Positions 40,045-53,431 are shown, counted from the first letter of the whole stretch. The stretch is 63,220 bases of DNA, filler included, from Octopus bimaculoides (GCF_001194135.2; 9 parts of 8 records of this genome joined end to end with filler, not necessarily neighbours in it), one strand, 5' to 3'. Program-made: numbers and translations. Notes: generated by a model from the sequence alone, not told the origin.

Positions 40045-40238
40045 CAGCAAGCTGGCAGAAACAGCATATGTTCTGAGTTCGAATTCTGCCGAGGTCGACT
40101 TTGCCTTTCATCCTTTCGGGGTCGATAAATTAAGTACCAGTTACACACTGGGATCGATGTAATCAACTTAATCCCTTTGTCTGTCCTTGTTTGTCCCCTC
40201 TATGTTTAGCCCCTTGTGGGCAATAAAGAAATAAGAAA
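40045..40238 (+). mobile_element. SINE family C variant with a Tx1-like 3' tail
   Basis: Family C core followed by TTGTCCCCTCTATGTTTAGCCCCTTGTGGGCAATAAAGAAA. Confidence 0.85.
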
Positions 40239-40555
40239 CATTAGCATACTGGGCTGGCAGAAACGTTAACACGCCAGGCATTTCTATGGTTGGATGCCCT
40301 TCCTAATGCCAACTACTTAACAATGTGCACTGGATGCTTTTTACTTGGCACCATCACCAGTGCTTTTTATGTGGGAACAATATCCTCAATAATGCTTTTA
40401 ACATGGCACCTTGGTCTTTAGGGTTTCAATTCTGCTGCAGTAGGCAGGTCCTCTTCAGTACAAAAATGCACCGCATATCTCTGTTTTCAGTTATAACCCT
40501 TGTAAGGCTCAGCATTTTGAAATCTTGCCATATTTTCTTCCATTCTTGTCCAAAG

Positions 40556-40880
40556 TGGAGGTGCATGGCTCAGTGGTTAGAGCATTGGGTTCACAATCAT
40601 GAGGTAGTGATTCTAATTCCCAGACCGGCTGTGTGTTGTGTTCTTGAACAAGTCACTTTATATCACGTTGCCTTAGTTCACTCATCTGAAGAAATGAGTT
40701 GCGACGTCACTGGTGCCAAGCTGTATCAGCCTCTGCCTTTCTTTTTGATAATATTGGTGGCATGGAGGCTGGCATGCATGAGTGGATGCTGGTCTTCCAT
40801 AAATAACCTTATCAAGACTTGTACTTCAGAGGGGTGCAATCCTATGGTCATACTTGACTGAAGGGGATCTTTACTCCCTT
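40556..40880 (+). mobile_element. tRNA-derived SINE family E
   Basis: GGAGGTGCATGGCTCAGTGGTTAGAGCATTGGGTTCACAATCATGAGGTAGTG... tRNA-like head. Similar to 17710-17842. Confidence 0.75.
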
Positions 40881-41365
40881 TTTTTTTTTCACCCTTGTTC
40901 TAAGTTTATTGGAATGGTGTTTCCTTCATATTCTTCCTGAGACTATAACACAAAGACCAGTGATATACTGAAGTTGGAAGATTGAATTAAATTTTTTTTA
41001 ACGTCTGAGCATTAGCACAAATCTCAACATGAGGAATTCTAGTTTATTTTTCCTCTTGCGTTAAACGAGCACACAGTTGGCTATTAACCTTTTAGTTAAA
41101 GGAAGAAAGAAGTAGGTCATAGACACACACATATATACACACACCCACACATAGATTGTTACTGCTTGTTAGATGCACACTTGCATAGGCAGAGACATGA
41201 ATACACATGCATTGAGAGACAGACACATGCAAACATAAATATACAATGATACACACACACATACACAAAAGAATGTGAACTGACACACATACACACATGC
41301 ATGCACATTACCATACACTAAGAGACATGTTTATAGTTATATTCATTCACACATGTACACTAACT

Positions 41366-41443
<78 letters not shown>

Positions 41444-41759
41444 TACACATACTGGCAGGCACACTCACACACACGTACACACAAACAGACACATGCACAC
41501 AAATACACACCCTGTCAGACACACATTCTCTAATTTATTCGTACACATTGATTAACTTGCAGACATGCACACACATACACAAATCAACATATACACTAAC
41601 AGACACATAGTAGCTAAATCTCCCTCAAATTACACTTTATTTTAGAAAAGGGACAAGTTAAAAGTGTGGAATTTTGCAGAAAAGATTCTTGGTAGTCAGG
41701 GGCCAAAATCAGTATAAATTTTTAAAAGTTACCAGATCTTTCATTTACAAAGTTTGTAA

Positions 41760-42232
41760 GGGGCTAGAGACTGAAGATGGAAATGTATCACCAGTATCAA
41801 AGCATAAAAAAACATTCTAAATACTCTGAAATCATCAGAACACCTGAATTTATCCAGCAAGTCCAACAGACCATTGATTACAATCCCAGAAAGTCCATGA
41901 GGTTGATTGCAAAAGATCTCCATGTCTCAGAAGGAACAGCCAGAAACGTTGTCCACGAAGACATCAGATATATGTCTTATATGATGAGGAAAGGCCAATT
42001 TGTCAGAAAAAGCAAAAGAAAATCACTACATCAGATCTAAAAGGCTCTTAAACAAACTGAAAATTCCAGCAGAAGATTTGATTTGCTTTTTCTCAAACAA
42101 GAAAAACTTCGATCAAGATCAAAAAGTTAACAGAAGAAACGACAGATGTTTATGTGCAGACCCTTCTGAAGTTCCAAGTGTTATGCATACAAAATTTGCT
42201 GCAACTATCATGGATTTTGTGGAAAGAGTCCG
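41760..42232 (+). mobile_element. Tc1/mariner-superfamily (maT/DD37D-like) transposase fragment
   Basis: IRTPEFIQQVQQTIDYNPRKSMRLIAKDLHVSEGTARNVVHEDIRYMSY (HTH), then a frameshift, then CFFSNKKNFDQDQKVNRRNDRCL (FSDEK motif). Truncated by SINE B. Confidence 0.88.
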
Positions 42233-42256
42233 ACGGTCTCACTATATATATATATA

Positions 42257-42419
42257 GTGGCTGTGTGATAAGTAGCTTGCTTACCAACCACATGGTTCCG
42301 GGTTCAGTCCTACTGCGTGGCACCTTGGGCAAGTGTCTTCTACTATAACCTCAGGCTGACCAAAGCCTTGTGAGTGGATTTGGTAGAGGGAAATTGAAAG
42401 AAGCCCGTCGTATATATGT

Positions 42420-42467
<48 letters not shown>

Positions 42468-42680
42468 ATTTTTGTGTGTCTGTTTGTCCCCCCACCATCG
42501 CTTGACAACCGATGGTGGTGTGTTTGCGTCCCCGTAACTTAGTGGTTCGGCAAAAGAGACCCTATAGAATAAGTACTAGGTTTACAAAGAATAAGTCCTG
42601 GGGTCGATTTGCTCGACTAAAGGCGGTGCTCCAGCATGGCCACAGTCAAATGACTGAAACAAGTAAAAGAGAGTAAAGAG
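42257..42680 (+). mobile_element. SINE family B, full-length reference copy
   Basis: GTGGCTGTGTGATAAGTAGCTTGCTTACCAACCACATGGTTCCGGGTTCAGTCC head, internal (AT)/(GT) repeat, AAAAGAG tail. At least 8 related pieces in the window. Confidence 0.92.
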
Positions 42681-42984
42681 TATATATATACATATATATA
42701 TATATGAAGCTATATCAAGGACAAAAATGAAAAAAGCAGAAAAGCAAGTAATTCCTAGTCAATGAGTTTCATTTGAAGAGAGAGAGAGAGATAGGGAGAC
42801 AAAGAGAGAGAGGTGGGCGAGATCGTCTAAAAGTAAGCGAGTTGTCCGACAGGTTATTTCACTAACGATGTTTTAAGCAATGTATTATAGGTTCTGCTTG
42901 TTCAGGGCCACTAAATCAGAAAGGATTTGTGAAAAGACAGAGTTTAACAACTGATTAAAACACTGTCACCCAGTTTATTATTAA

Positions 42985-43029
<45 letters not shown>

Positions 43030-43106
43030 CGTACTCTTTATTGTCCCCAGTCGTTTTGGTCAACATTTGTGATTAATAAAGAAAGCATTGTTGTTGCTTT
43101 TGTTGC

Positions 43107-43158
<52 letters not shown>

Positions 43159-43258
43159 NNNNNNNNNNNNNNNNNNNNNNNNNNNNNNNNNNNNNNNNNN
43201 NNTTAATTAATTAANNNNNNNNNNNNNNNNNNNNNNNNNNNNNNNNNNNNNNNNNNNN

Positions 43259-43310
<52 letters not shown>

Positions 43311-43703
43311 GTATGTACGCATGTATGTATATACATTTATATATATACTGGTGTGCATGTGAATGTGTGTGTATATATATATATATATATGCATGTACAA
43401 ATACACAATATATGCATGACTACATACACTCAAATACACACACACATATATATATATAACAACTGTTGTATGAGAAGGGTGTTCACTATACAAACCCTAT
43501 ACATGTACATATAATTTTATCTACACACACATATATATACATAGATATATACACAAACACAAAACACATACATATGTATATATATGTTTACACACATATC
43601 TGTACAGACACACACACACACACACACTTGTATGTCGGAAGTAAAAACTGTTGTATATGAGATGCACGTTCATTACATCGATGTATATATAATTCTATCC
43701 ATC

Positions 43704-43747
<44 letters not shown>

Positions 43748-44062
43748 CACACAGCACATAGCTATCTACTGAAGTATTGAATATATTTATAAGGACGGCC
43801 AAGCATGAAAAACAGAATTATGTTAAACATCCAACTGGATCTGACATATAGCAATGATGTATGATGCTCGTTATACATACATACATGTGTAGATATACAT
43901 ATATATGTATATATCTGTACATATGTGTGTGTGTGTATACACATTATATGTGACTATTTGTGCACATTGATGTCATTATATTTATTCATGTAATTTTACA
44001 CCAACTGCACATACAAGCATATATATATAACCTCATATATGTATGCATTTATATATGTGTAT

Positions 44063-44103
<41 letters not shown>

Positions 44104-44112
44104 CACACACAC

Positions 44113-44151
<39 letters not shown>

Positions 44152-45059
44152 NNNNNNNNNNNNNNNNNNNNNNNNNNNNNNNNNNNNNNNNNNNNNNNNN
44201 NNNNNNNNNNNNNNNNNNNNNNNNNNNNNNNNNNNNNNNNNNNNNNNNNNNNNNNNNNNNNNNNNNNNNNNNNNNNNNNNNNNNNNNNNNNNNNNNNNNN
44301 NNNNNNNNNNNNNNNNNNNNNNNNNNNNNNNNNNNNNNNNNNNNNNNNNNNNNNNNNNNNNNNNNNNNNNNNNNNNNNNNNNNNNNNNNNNNNNNNNNNN
44401 NNNNNNNNNNNNNNNNNNNNNNNNNNNNNNNNNNNNNNNNNNNNNNNNNNNNNNNNNNNNNNNNNNNNNNNNNNNNNNNNNNNNNNNNNNNNNNNNNNNN
44501 NNNNNNNNNNNNNNNNNNNNNNNNNNNNNNNNNNNNNNNNNNNNNNNNNNNNNNNNNNNNNNNNNNNNNNNNNNNNNNNNNNNNNNNNNNNNNNNNNNNN
44601 NNNNNNNNNNNNNNNNNNNNNNNNNNNNNNNNNNNNNNNNNNNNNNNNNNNNNNNNNNNNNNNNNNNNNNNNNNNNNNNNNNNNNNNNNNNNNNNNNNNN
44701 NNNNNNNNNNNNNNNNNNNNNNNNNNNNNNNNNNNNNNNNNNNNNNNNNNNNNNNNNNNNNNNNNNNNNNNNNNNNNNNNNNNNNNNNNNNNNNNNNNNN
44801 NNNNNNNNNNNNNNNNNNNNNNNNNNNNNNNNNNNNNNNNNNNNNNNNNNNNNNNNNNNNNNNNNNNNNNNNNNNNNNNNNNNNNNNNNNNNNNNNNNNN
44901 NNNNNNNNNNNNNNNNNNNNNNNNNNNNNNNNNNNNNNNNNNNNNNNNNNNNNNNNNTCAAAGCCTAGCCAGGCTCATGGGCCCGGTTTCCCGGTTTCTA
45001 TGGCGTATGTGTTCCCCCCCCCCCAGCTGGAAGGGACGCCAGTCCATCACAGCGTTACT

Positions 45060-45255
45060 CAAGAAACAGGAAGAAAGAGTGAGAGAAAGTTGGGGCGAAA
45101 GAGTAGAACAGGGGTCGCCACCACCCCCTGCCGGAGCCTCATGGAGATTAGGCGTTTAGCTCAATAAACACACACAACGCCTGGTCTGGGAATCGAAATC
45201 GCGATCCTTCGACTGCGAGTCCGCTGCCCTAACCACTGGGCCATTGCGCCTCCAC
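45060..45255 (-). mobile_element. SINE family A, 5' half
   Basis: Matches 11475-11659. Confidence 0.9.
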
Positions 45256-46859
45256 ACACACACACACATATATATATGTGCACTCATAAATGTTGATCAG
45301 CTGAAAGCTATATTGGAAGTCACTTAGTCAAAGTGCTACACAATGGGACTGAACCCTGAACCATGTGGTTGTCATGTAAGCGTCTTACCACAACAGCCAC
45401 CTCTGCATGTGTGTATGCAAATCTATTTCCCAAACAGCAGGCATCTTATTATTATTCTCAAGACCCTTTACATCTGACGACAGATCTGTAACATCATTCA
45501 CAATGTCGAGATAATTGCTAACCCCTTCAACAAAGAATTCCCCAGCACAGAACGTCCATTGTAATTAATTGAAAGCCATTTGACCAGCAATTCCCGCTTT
45601 GTGGTTTATTATGCGATGGAAAATTAGCATCAACCGTTGCGTCTACCTGCAATACGGGGCAATCAAGAATTGTTTAAGGTTTTGACAGGTGAAAGTAATG
45701 TCAAATGGCCCTTAATCTTCGAAGAAAAGGAATTACAAATTGGTGAACAAGTCATGTAAATATTGTATCTTGGATCCGATCGGTCGTTTGATATTCCAGT
45801 TGTTATCTAACATCGTATCGTCATCTTCGTCATTTTAATGTTCTCGTTTCCATGTTTGTAGAAGAGAGGTCAAAAGAGGTTTGTCCGAGGTGGATGTTTT
45901 TACAGCTGGACGCCTTTCCTGTCACATGCCCTTGCCTCTTTCCAAGGGAGGTAATATTTCCGTCCCCTGTACCATGACTGGACATGTTTTTGTAGAAGAC
46001 TGGAAATAAATGACATTCATTTATAACAACTACACAATGAGATGAGAAGGAGACACGCACACACACACACACACACGTTCTTTTATTCTTTTACTTGTTT
46101 CAGTCATTTGAATGCGGCCATACTGGAGCTCAGTCTTGAAGTGTTTTAGTCAAACAAATCGACCCCAAGATTATTTTTTTTAAAAGCCTGCTACTTATTC
46201 TATCAGTCTTATTCTATAAAGTAGCAGTAATATTCTGGGGTAGATTTAATATTCCTATAAAAGATCCCAAGATGTCAATGGAATTATAATAGAAGACTAA
46301 AACACTAACTTTACCTTTCATTGTTGTGGGGTTGATATAATAAAGTAGCAGTGATATACTGGGGTAGATTTTGTAGTCTCCACATATTCTGTTATCTTTT
46401 TCATCTTTTATCATAAAAAGACAGTGAACATTTGACACATCTCTGAGTGAAACTTCTAATTGACCCTAACTAATTAGTTTTTCTTTACTTCGTTATGACT
46501 AATGATTTAATGAACATCGTTAATGGTTTTTCTCCAAATAACATGTCCTCTTGTCTCCTTTGAGATGAATGTTTAGCTCTAAAAACCTCACAATCTCCCA
46601 TAGTACCCTACAACTCTTCAAACCTCATAAATTAGTGTTGAGCTAACGACATTCCTCATCACATCCTAACGAAGCCATCAACAGTTACGTGTTTTTTTTT
46701 TTTTAGTTTTTCACACTCACCAGTAATAATTTTCTCAATATCTCATTTTTTACCAATTTCCATTGCTACACTAAATTTTCTGACATTTCTACAACTGATC
46801 CAACAAACTCATTAAGAAGAAGAGCATTCTTCGTTAATTTTGGTTCGTTTAACTTCACA

Positions 46860-47100
46860 GGTGCTGGTAACATGTAGAAAAACAATTGTGCCAGTGCCAC
46901 ATGAAAAAATCACTGATGTTAGTCCTACATTAAAAGGCACCCCTGATGGTGCCACATGAAAAAGCAGCTGTATTGGTGCCATGTAGAAAAAAAAAAAACA
47001 CTGGCGTTGGTGCCACATGAAAAAATCCCTCGGTCCACTCTCTAAGTGGTTGGCATTAGGAAGGGCGGCCAGCTGTAGTAACCTTGCCAAATCAGATTGG
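46860..47100 (+). mobile_element. Repeat family D (GGTGCCACATGAAAAA tandem units plus GTGGTTGGCATTAGGAAGGG)
   Basis: Continues as CAGCTGTAG...TGCCAAATCAGATTGG, as at 47575-47715. Related pieces at 40270-40440(-), 50040-50140, 50160-50220(-) and 52590-52700(-). Confidence 0.7.
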
Positions 47101-47215
47101 TCTGCCTCTTCTACAGGTTCCCTCCACTGTTAGAGATTGGTACTTCTTTACACAGCTGCCCTCGACCATATCATACTATGCCATGACTTTTGGAGATATT
47201 TTCCCTTAGAATCGT

Positions 47216-47394
47216 TTGACCCTTTAACATTTAAACTGGCCATGACCATCCCAAATATTCTAGGTAGTCATTCTGAAAATAAACCGCCACGTAACTGAAA
47301 TCTCAAAGCTTCAAGATAATGAATGATTAATACGAAACAATATGAATTAATAAACGTAACATTTGATAGAGTAAGCTGAATGCTAAAGGGTCAA
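47216..47394. mobile_element. piggyBac-like MITE
   Basis: Inverted termini TTGACCCTTTAACATT / AATGCTAAAGGGTCAA, resembling TTAA-CCC...GGG-TTAA. Confidence 0.65.
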
Positions 47395-47574
47395 ACACAA
47401 CAAACTTCCTGGGCCAGCTGTTAACCATCAGGACACTGTATCCTTTGAAATATTCCTTACTTCTTGAAATTCACCAATATTCTTTTCTACTGTAGGCACA
47501 AGGCCTGAAATTTTAGGGGCGGGCAGTTGATTAGATCGACCCCAGTATGCAACTGGTACTTAATTTATCAACTC

Positions 47575-47683
47575 CAGCTGTAGAAACTCTGCCAAATCAG
47601 ATTGGAGCCTGGTGTAGCCATCTGGTTTCACCAGTCCTCAGTCAAATCGTCCAACCCATGCTAGCATGGAAAGCGGACGTTAA

Positions 47684-47714
<31 letters not shown>

Positions 47715-47715
47715 A
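47575..47715 (+). mobile_element. Repeat family D 3' end with (GAC)n tail
   Basis: CCAGTCCTCAGTCAAATCGTCCAACCCATGCTAGCATGGAAAGCGGACGTTAAACGACGACG. The trinucleotide tail is typical of LINE/SINE 3' ends. Confidence 0.8.
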
Positions 47716-48806
47716 AGGACGTAAAGCAAAGTCGACCTTGGTAGAATTTTGAACCCAGAATGTAAAATCTTAAATTTAAAGAATATATTCTTTTCTAGTC
47801 TAGGCATAAGGCCTGAAATCTTTNNNNNNNNNNNNNNNNNNNNNNNNNNNNNNNNNNNNNNNNNNNNNNNNNNNNNNNNNNNNNNNNNNNNNNNNNNNNN
47901 NNNNNNNNNNNNNNNNNNNNNNNNNNNNNNNNNNNNNNNNNNNNNNNNNNNNNNNNNNNNNNNNNNNNNNNNNNNNNNNNNNNNNNNNNNNNNNNNNNNN
48001 NNNNNNNNNNNNNNNNNNNNNNNNNNNNNNNNNNNNNNNNNNNNNNNNNNNNNNNNNNNNNNNNNNNNNNNNNNNNNNNNNNNNNNNNNNNNNNNNNNNN
48101 NNNNNNNNNNNNNNNNNNNNNNNNNNNNNNNNNNNNNNNNNNNNNNNNNNNNNNNNNNNNNNNNNNNNNNNNNNNNNNNNNNNNNNNNNNNNNNNNNNNN
48201 NNNNNNNNNNNNNNNNNNNNNNNNNNNNNNNNNNNNNNNNNNNNNNNNNNNNNNNNNNNNNNNNNNNNNNNNNNNNNNNNNNNNNNNNNNNNNNNNNNNN
48301 NNNNNNNNNNNNNNNNNNNNNNNNNNNNNNNNNNNNNNNNNNNNNNNNNNNNNNNNNNNNNTGGTGGTGGTGGTGGTGGTGACAACAATGGTGATGGGGG
48401 CAGCAGTGGTGGTGGTCATCACGATAATGATAATGAAGATGATGATGATGGGGACAGGTGATGGCAACAGGGGTGTTGGTGTGGGGGGGGGGCCTCAAGC
48501 GTTAGGAAATTCCTTCTATCTGTTGATTGATTTGCCAACTTCTCCGGTTTTCACTTTCTTCATTTCTTCTACAAAAACAACCAACTTTGGTCGGTTGAAT
48601 ATACATTCATTACATACGTGAGTGTGTGTACAATATGCGAATGTATTGGTGTGTGTGTGTGTGTGTGTGTGTGTATCTGTGTGCGAAATTTTGGTACCTG
48701 TAAATGCCAGTATATATATAAGTTTATATACACATGCACACACATATGCAAGCACAAAAATCTTTGCAAAGCTATTATACACAGACATATATGTATATGT
48801 ATGTAA

Positions 48807-48844
<38 letters not shown>

Positions 48845-49027
48845 CACACATATAGAGCCATACATAGATTGAAGTTTTGACATGAAATATATTTTATATT
48901 ACTTAACATTTCATATTAAATACTTTTACCCTAAGGTGTGTATATATTTAGTTGTATTATTACACACACACACATACACACACATTTATATACATATTTA
49001 TTTATGTATGTAGATATATATATATAT

Positions 49028-49065
<38 letters not shown>

Positions 49066-49207
49066 GTAAATATGTATGTATGTATATATGTGCATGTGTG
49101 TATATATATATGTATGTATATAAGTGTGTATACTTATTTGTATTACTAAACACATATACATACATTACATGGAGCACCCATTACTATATATACACACATA
49201 TACGTAT

Positions 49208-49240
<33 letters not shown>

Positions 49241-49967
49241 NNNNNNNNNNNNNNNNNNNNNNNNNNNNNNNNNNNNNNNNNNNNNNNNNNNNNNNNNNNN
49301 NNNNNNNNNNNNNNNNNNNNNNNNNNNNNNNNNNNNNNNNNNNNNNNNNNNNNNNNNNNNNNNNNNNNNNNNNNNNNNNNNNNNNNNNNNNNNNNNNNNN
49401 NNNNNNNNNNNNNNNNNNNNNNNNNNNNNNNNNNNNNNNNNNNNNNNNNNNNNNNNNNNNNNNNNNNNNNNNNNNNNNNNNNNNNTATATATGCACACAA
49501 GTATTTATGTGTGTCTATATAAAACCATTAGTTTTGCATAGATGTGTGTGAGAGAGAGAGGGAAAAGAAGTGAGTGTATATATATATATATATATGTATG
49601 TGCCTGTCTGTGTGTGTGTATCTGTGTATATGCTTGTATATGTGTGACTATACGTGTGTGACTTTGTGCGTCACGGTCCGTTTGACTCCAGTAAAGTCAT
49701 ACAGCTCTACCAATCGGCTTTTTTTTTTTCTCACCACCATTTCGGTTGCTTCAACACTCAACACACAGACCAACCAATATCGAAGGCTTTGGTGCAAGGA
49801 AGATCACTGAGAAATTCAATAAGGCTCCCTTGTCATGGAAACTCGCATCTCTGCTTCAGAACCACAAAGACATGCATACAGATATTTCATACATACACAC
49901 ATTTCGTATGTACATACATTTCATATATATATACACACACACACACACAAGTTTGCGTGTATGTGTG

Positions 49968-50040
<73 letters not shown>

Positions 50041-50830
50041 TGGAGCCTGGTGCAACCTCTTGGCTTGCCAGTCCTCAGTCAAACCATCCAACCCATGCCA
50101 GCATGGAAAGCGGACGTTAAACGATGATAATGATGATCATCATCATTATCATCGTCATCATTGCTTTAACATCCTCTTTTCCATGCAGGCATGGGTTGGA
50201 CAGAATTTGTTGTGGCAGGTTTTCAACAGCTGGATGCTCTTCCTGTCACCAACACTCAACAGTTTCTTGTTTCATTTTTTTTTTTTATTAGTTCTTCTTA
50301 TTCTTGAAACTAGAGAAAAGAACCTGGCTTATACGCATAATATACGCATTATGTATATAAATTCCCTTGTGTGTGGTGTGTGCATATGTATGTATATGCA
50401 TACATATATGTGTGTGTGTGTGTGTGTGTGTGTACATGTGTGCACACACATGTAAATGTGTACATATCCATATATGACTATTTGTGTGTGTGTGTGTGTG
50501 TGTGTGTATTGTCCGCCCCTGGGCAGCAAGGAACTTCATGGAAAATGGACATTAAATAATGTGAAATNNNNNNNNNNNNNNNNNNNNNNNNNNNNNNNNN
50601 NNNNNNNNNNNNNNNNNNNNNNNNNNNNNNNNNNNNNNNNNNNNNNNNNNNNNNNNNNNNNNNNNNNNNNNNNNNNNNNNNNNNNNNNNNNNNNNNNNNN
50701 NNNNNNNNNNNNNNNNNNNNNNNNNNNNNNNNNNNNNNNNNNNNNNNNNNNNNNNNNNNNNNNNNNNNNNNNNNNNNNNNNNNNNNNNNNNNNNNNNNNN
50801 NNNNNNNNNNNNNNNNNNNNNNNNNNNNNN

Positions 50831-50861
<31 letters not shown>

Positions 50862-51448
50862 CATACATATAATAGATACGCAGTGGGTTATTTCTGTCTG
50901 TTCGAAGTAATTGTTAATGTTCCAATTGCAAACCTTTCTCCATTTTCTTCTCGTTTCTCATTTTCTCTTCTTGCAATTTTCTTCTTCTTCTTCAAAATTC
51001 TTCTCTTTATTCTTTTTCCAATTCTTCCTCTTCTTCTTCAAAATTCTTCACCTCAAGCCCTGTCTTTTTATTCTCTTCTCCCATTTCTCACAGTCATTTT
51101 ACAAAACTTCTTTTCTTCGCCAATTCATGGCTCACACTGACTCCGTCTTCTGCTAATCTTCTCCGCCTTTCTGCAATTTCTAGCGCCAAAACCATTTCTC
51201 TGTGAGCAAAGACTTCTTTGTCTCACCTGCAATTATCCGTTGCACAGTTGTAAAGTCATCACATCACTTCCTTCCTTGACTCTCATTCTATTCCTTCTTC
51301 TTCAATCTCCTTCATTATCCTTATTGATTCATTCACTTGCTCAGCTTTTTCATAACTTGTTACCTATCTATCTAACACCACCCTCCCCCATTTATCTATG
51401 TATCTGTCAGTCTGTCTATCTATTTATCTATCTATCTATCTATCTACG

Positions 51449-51489
<41 letters not shown>

Positions 51490-51491
<2 letters not shown>

Positions 51492-52169
51492 GTGGGACGA
51501 GTCGGTTTATCAACCGAGTCTATCGTCAATATCGTCACGCCTCCTTCCTTTAAACGGGAAGGAAGAGCTGTATTTATCGTACTTGTGGCTATGGCCAAAG
51601 AATGCATCTGGTGGACGCGTCTGAAAGGATTAGAGAGAAATACTTTCCTCTCTGGTCAATCTCTCATCAACTTTTTCAAGTATCACTTGAAAAGGAAGGT
51701 GAGAGTAGAGAGGCAAGTGTTGTCTAGCAAATGTTTCGAAAAAAGATGGANNNNNNNNNNNNNNNNNNNNNNNNNNNNNNNNNNNNNNNNNNNNNNNNNN
51801 NNNNNNNNNNNNNNNNNNNNNNNNNNNNNNNNNNNNNNNNNNNNNNNNNNNNNNNNNNNNNNNNNNNNNNNNNNNNNNNNNNNNNNNNNNNNNNNNNNNN
51901 NNNNNNNNNNAAACTGTAACGCTAAAGACCGAGGTTACCGTGGTCTTTTCGTAGGTTTTTCTTTCCACGGATAACCTCCCCATTTATTGGGAATTTTTTG
52001 TATTATTTCGTATTTTTTGTAAATACTCCAAACGTTTTGCGATGTTTTTTTTCATCGTTGTCCCCACTTTTGTTTTTTTTCTGCTTTGTTTTCGACCCCC
52101 TCGAAAAGAAAAACTCTACATTTGTATTTTGTCCCCTCTGTGTTGAGCCCTGTGTGGCTAATAAAGAAA
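51490..52169 (+). mobile_element. 5'-truncated Tx1/L1-like LINE (ORF2 C-terminus and 3' UTR) embedded in (CTAT)n
   Basis: AVFIVLVAMAKECIWWTRLKGLERNTFLSGQSLINFFKYHLKRKVRVERQVLSSKCFEKRW, then a gap, then a T-rich UTR ending GTGGCTAATAAAGAAA. (CTAT)n on both sides. Confidence 0.88.
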
Positions 52170-52170
52170 C

Positions 52171-52204
<34 letters not shown>

Positions 52205-52453
52205 CTCTATCCATCTATCTATCTACCTACCTACCTACCTATCTATCATGCCTCCCAAAACATCTTATTTTTCGATCCCTTTTGATCGATTTCAAAAAAG
52301 AAAAATTCTACATTGTATTGTCCCCTCTGTGTTAAGCCCTGTGTGGCTAACTAAAGAAATCTATCTAGCTGTCTACATTATCTATCTATCTATTTCTCTA
52401 CCTATCTATCCATCTATCTATCCATCTATCTGTCTATCTATCTATTTCTCTAC

Positions 52454-52492
<39 letters not shown>

Positions 52493-53367
52493 CCTTAAAA
52501 ATCTTGTGATGCGACTTATTACAAACACCAAAGTCTCAGACCATGCCAGGATTGAAGATCTAAGAGAAATAGCCAAGTTACCACCAATCACATCCGTCAT
52601 CGTCATCATTTAACGTCTGTTGTCCATGCTGGCATGGGTCAGACGGTTTGACTGAAAACTGGTAAGCTGCACCAGATTCCAGCCTGGTTCGGCATGGTTT
52701 CTACAGCGTCCCTGGGTCTCTTGGTATTGCTAGTGAAAGCCGTTGTGGGGCTGTGTAACCCACACTCAACTTGAAACCCTTGCAAGGACATTACTGACTC
52801 TCCTGATTGTGATGGTCATGCTTCAAGTAGAAATCCATCCTGTATGTATAGCAGAGATGGCAGGGAATGATAATGGGGTCCACCAGATTTGTTGCCTTGG
52901 AAACAATGATAATATCTAGTCACAACAAAACCTGCCTGATATACAACAGAAATTTTGGCTGCTTCTCTAGAACGTGTGTGTGTGTGTGTGTGTGTGAACA
53001 AGCATATGTTTTGCTATGTAAGCAAATATGATATCAAAATAATAAAAACAACGAGAGGTACTTTTTTTTCCTTTTCTGATAGTGAAACTCTCTGAGAAAA
53101 TACGGAGTGAAACAAACGCCTTTTGTTGGACTCATCATTTTTAATGTCACGTGTGCATTCATACTCAGTATCTATTTGTCTGGTATTGTATAATGGTTTC
53201 ACCATGTTTGCCAAAACAAGTAAATCCAGGATTTATATTTATTTCTCAAGCTAGGCAGACATATAGATAGCTAGCCATTCCATCTACCAATATATCTACC
53301 TATCCATCTAGCAATCTGCCTACTCATCTCATTCTTTCTCTCCCTTCCATAAATATATATAGACAAG

Positions 53368-53431
<64 letters not shown>

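Noticed and set aside
50900-51230. Glu/Arg/Lys-rich minus-strand coding region
   Set aside because: A low-complexity purine tract with stops in all frames.
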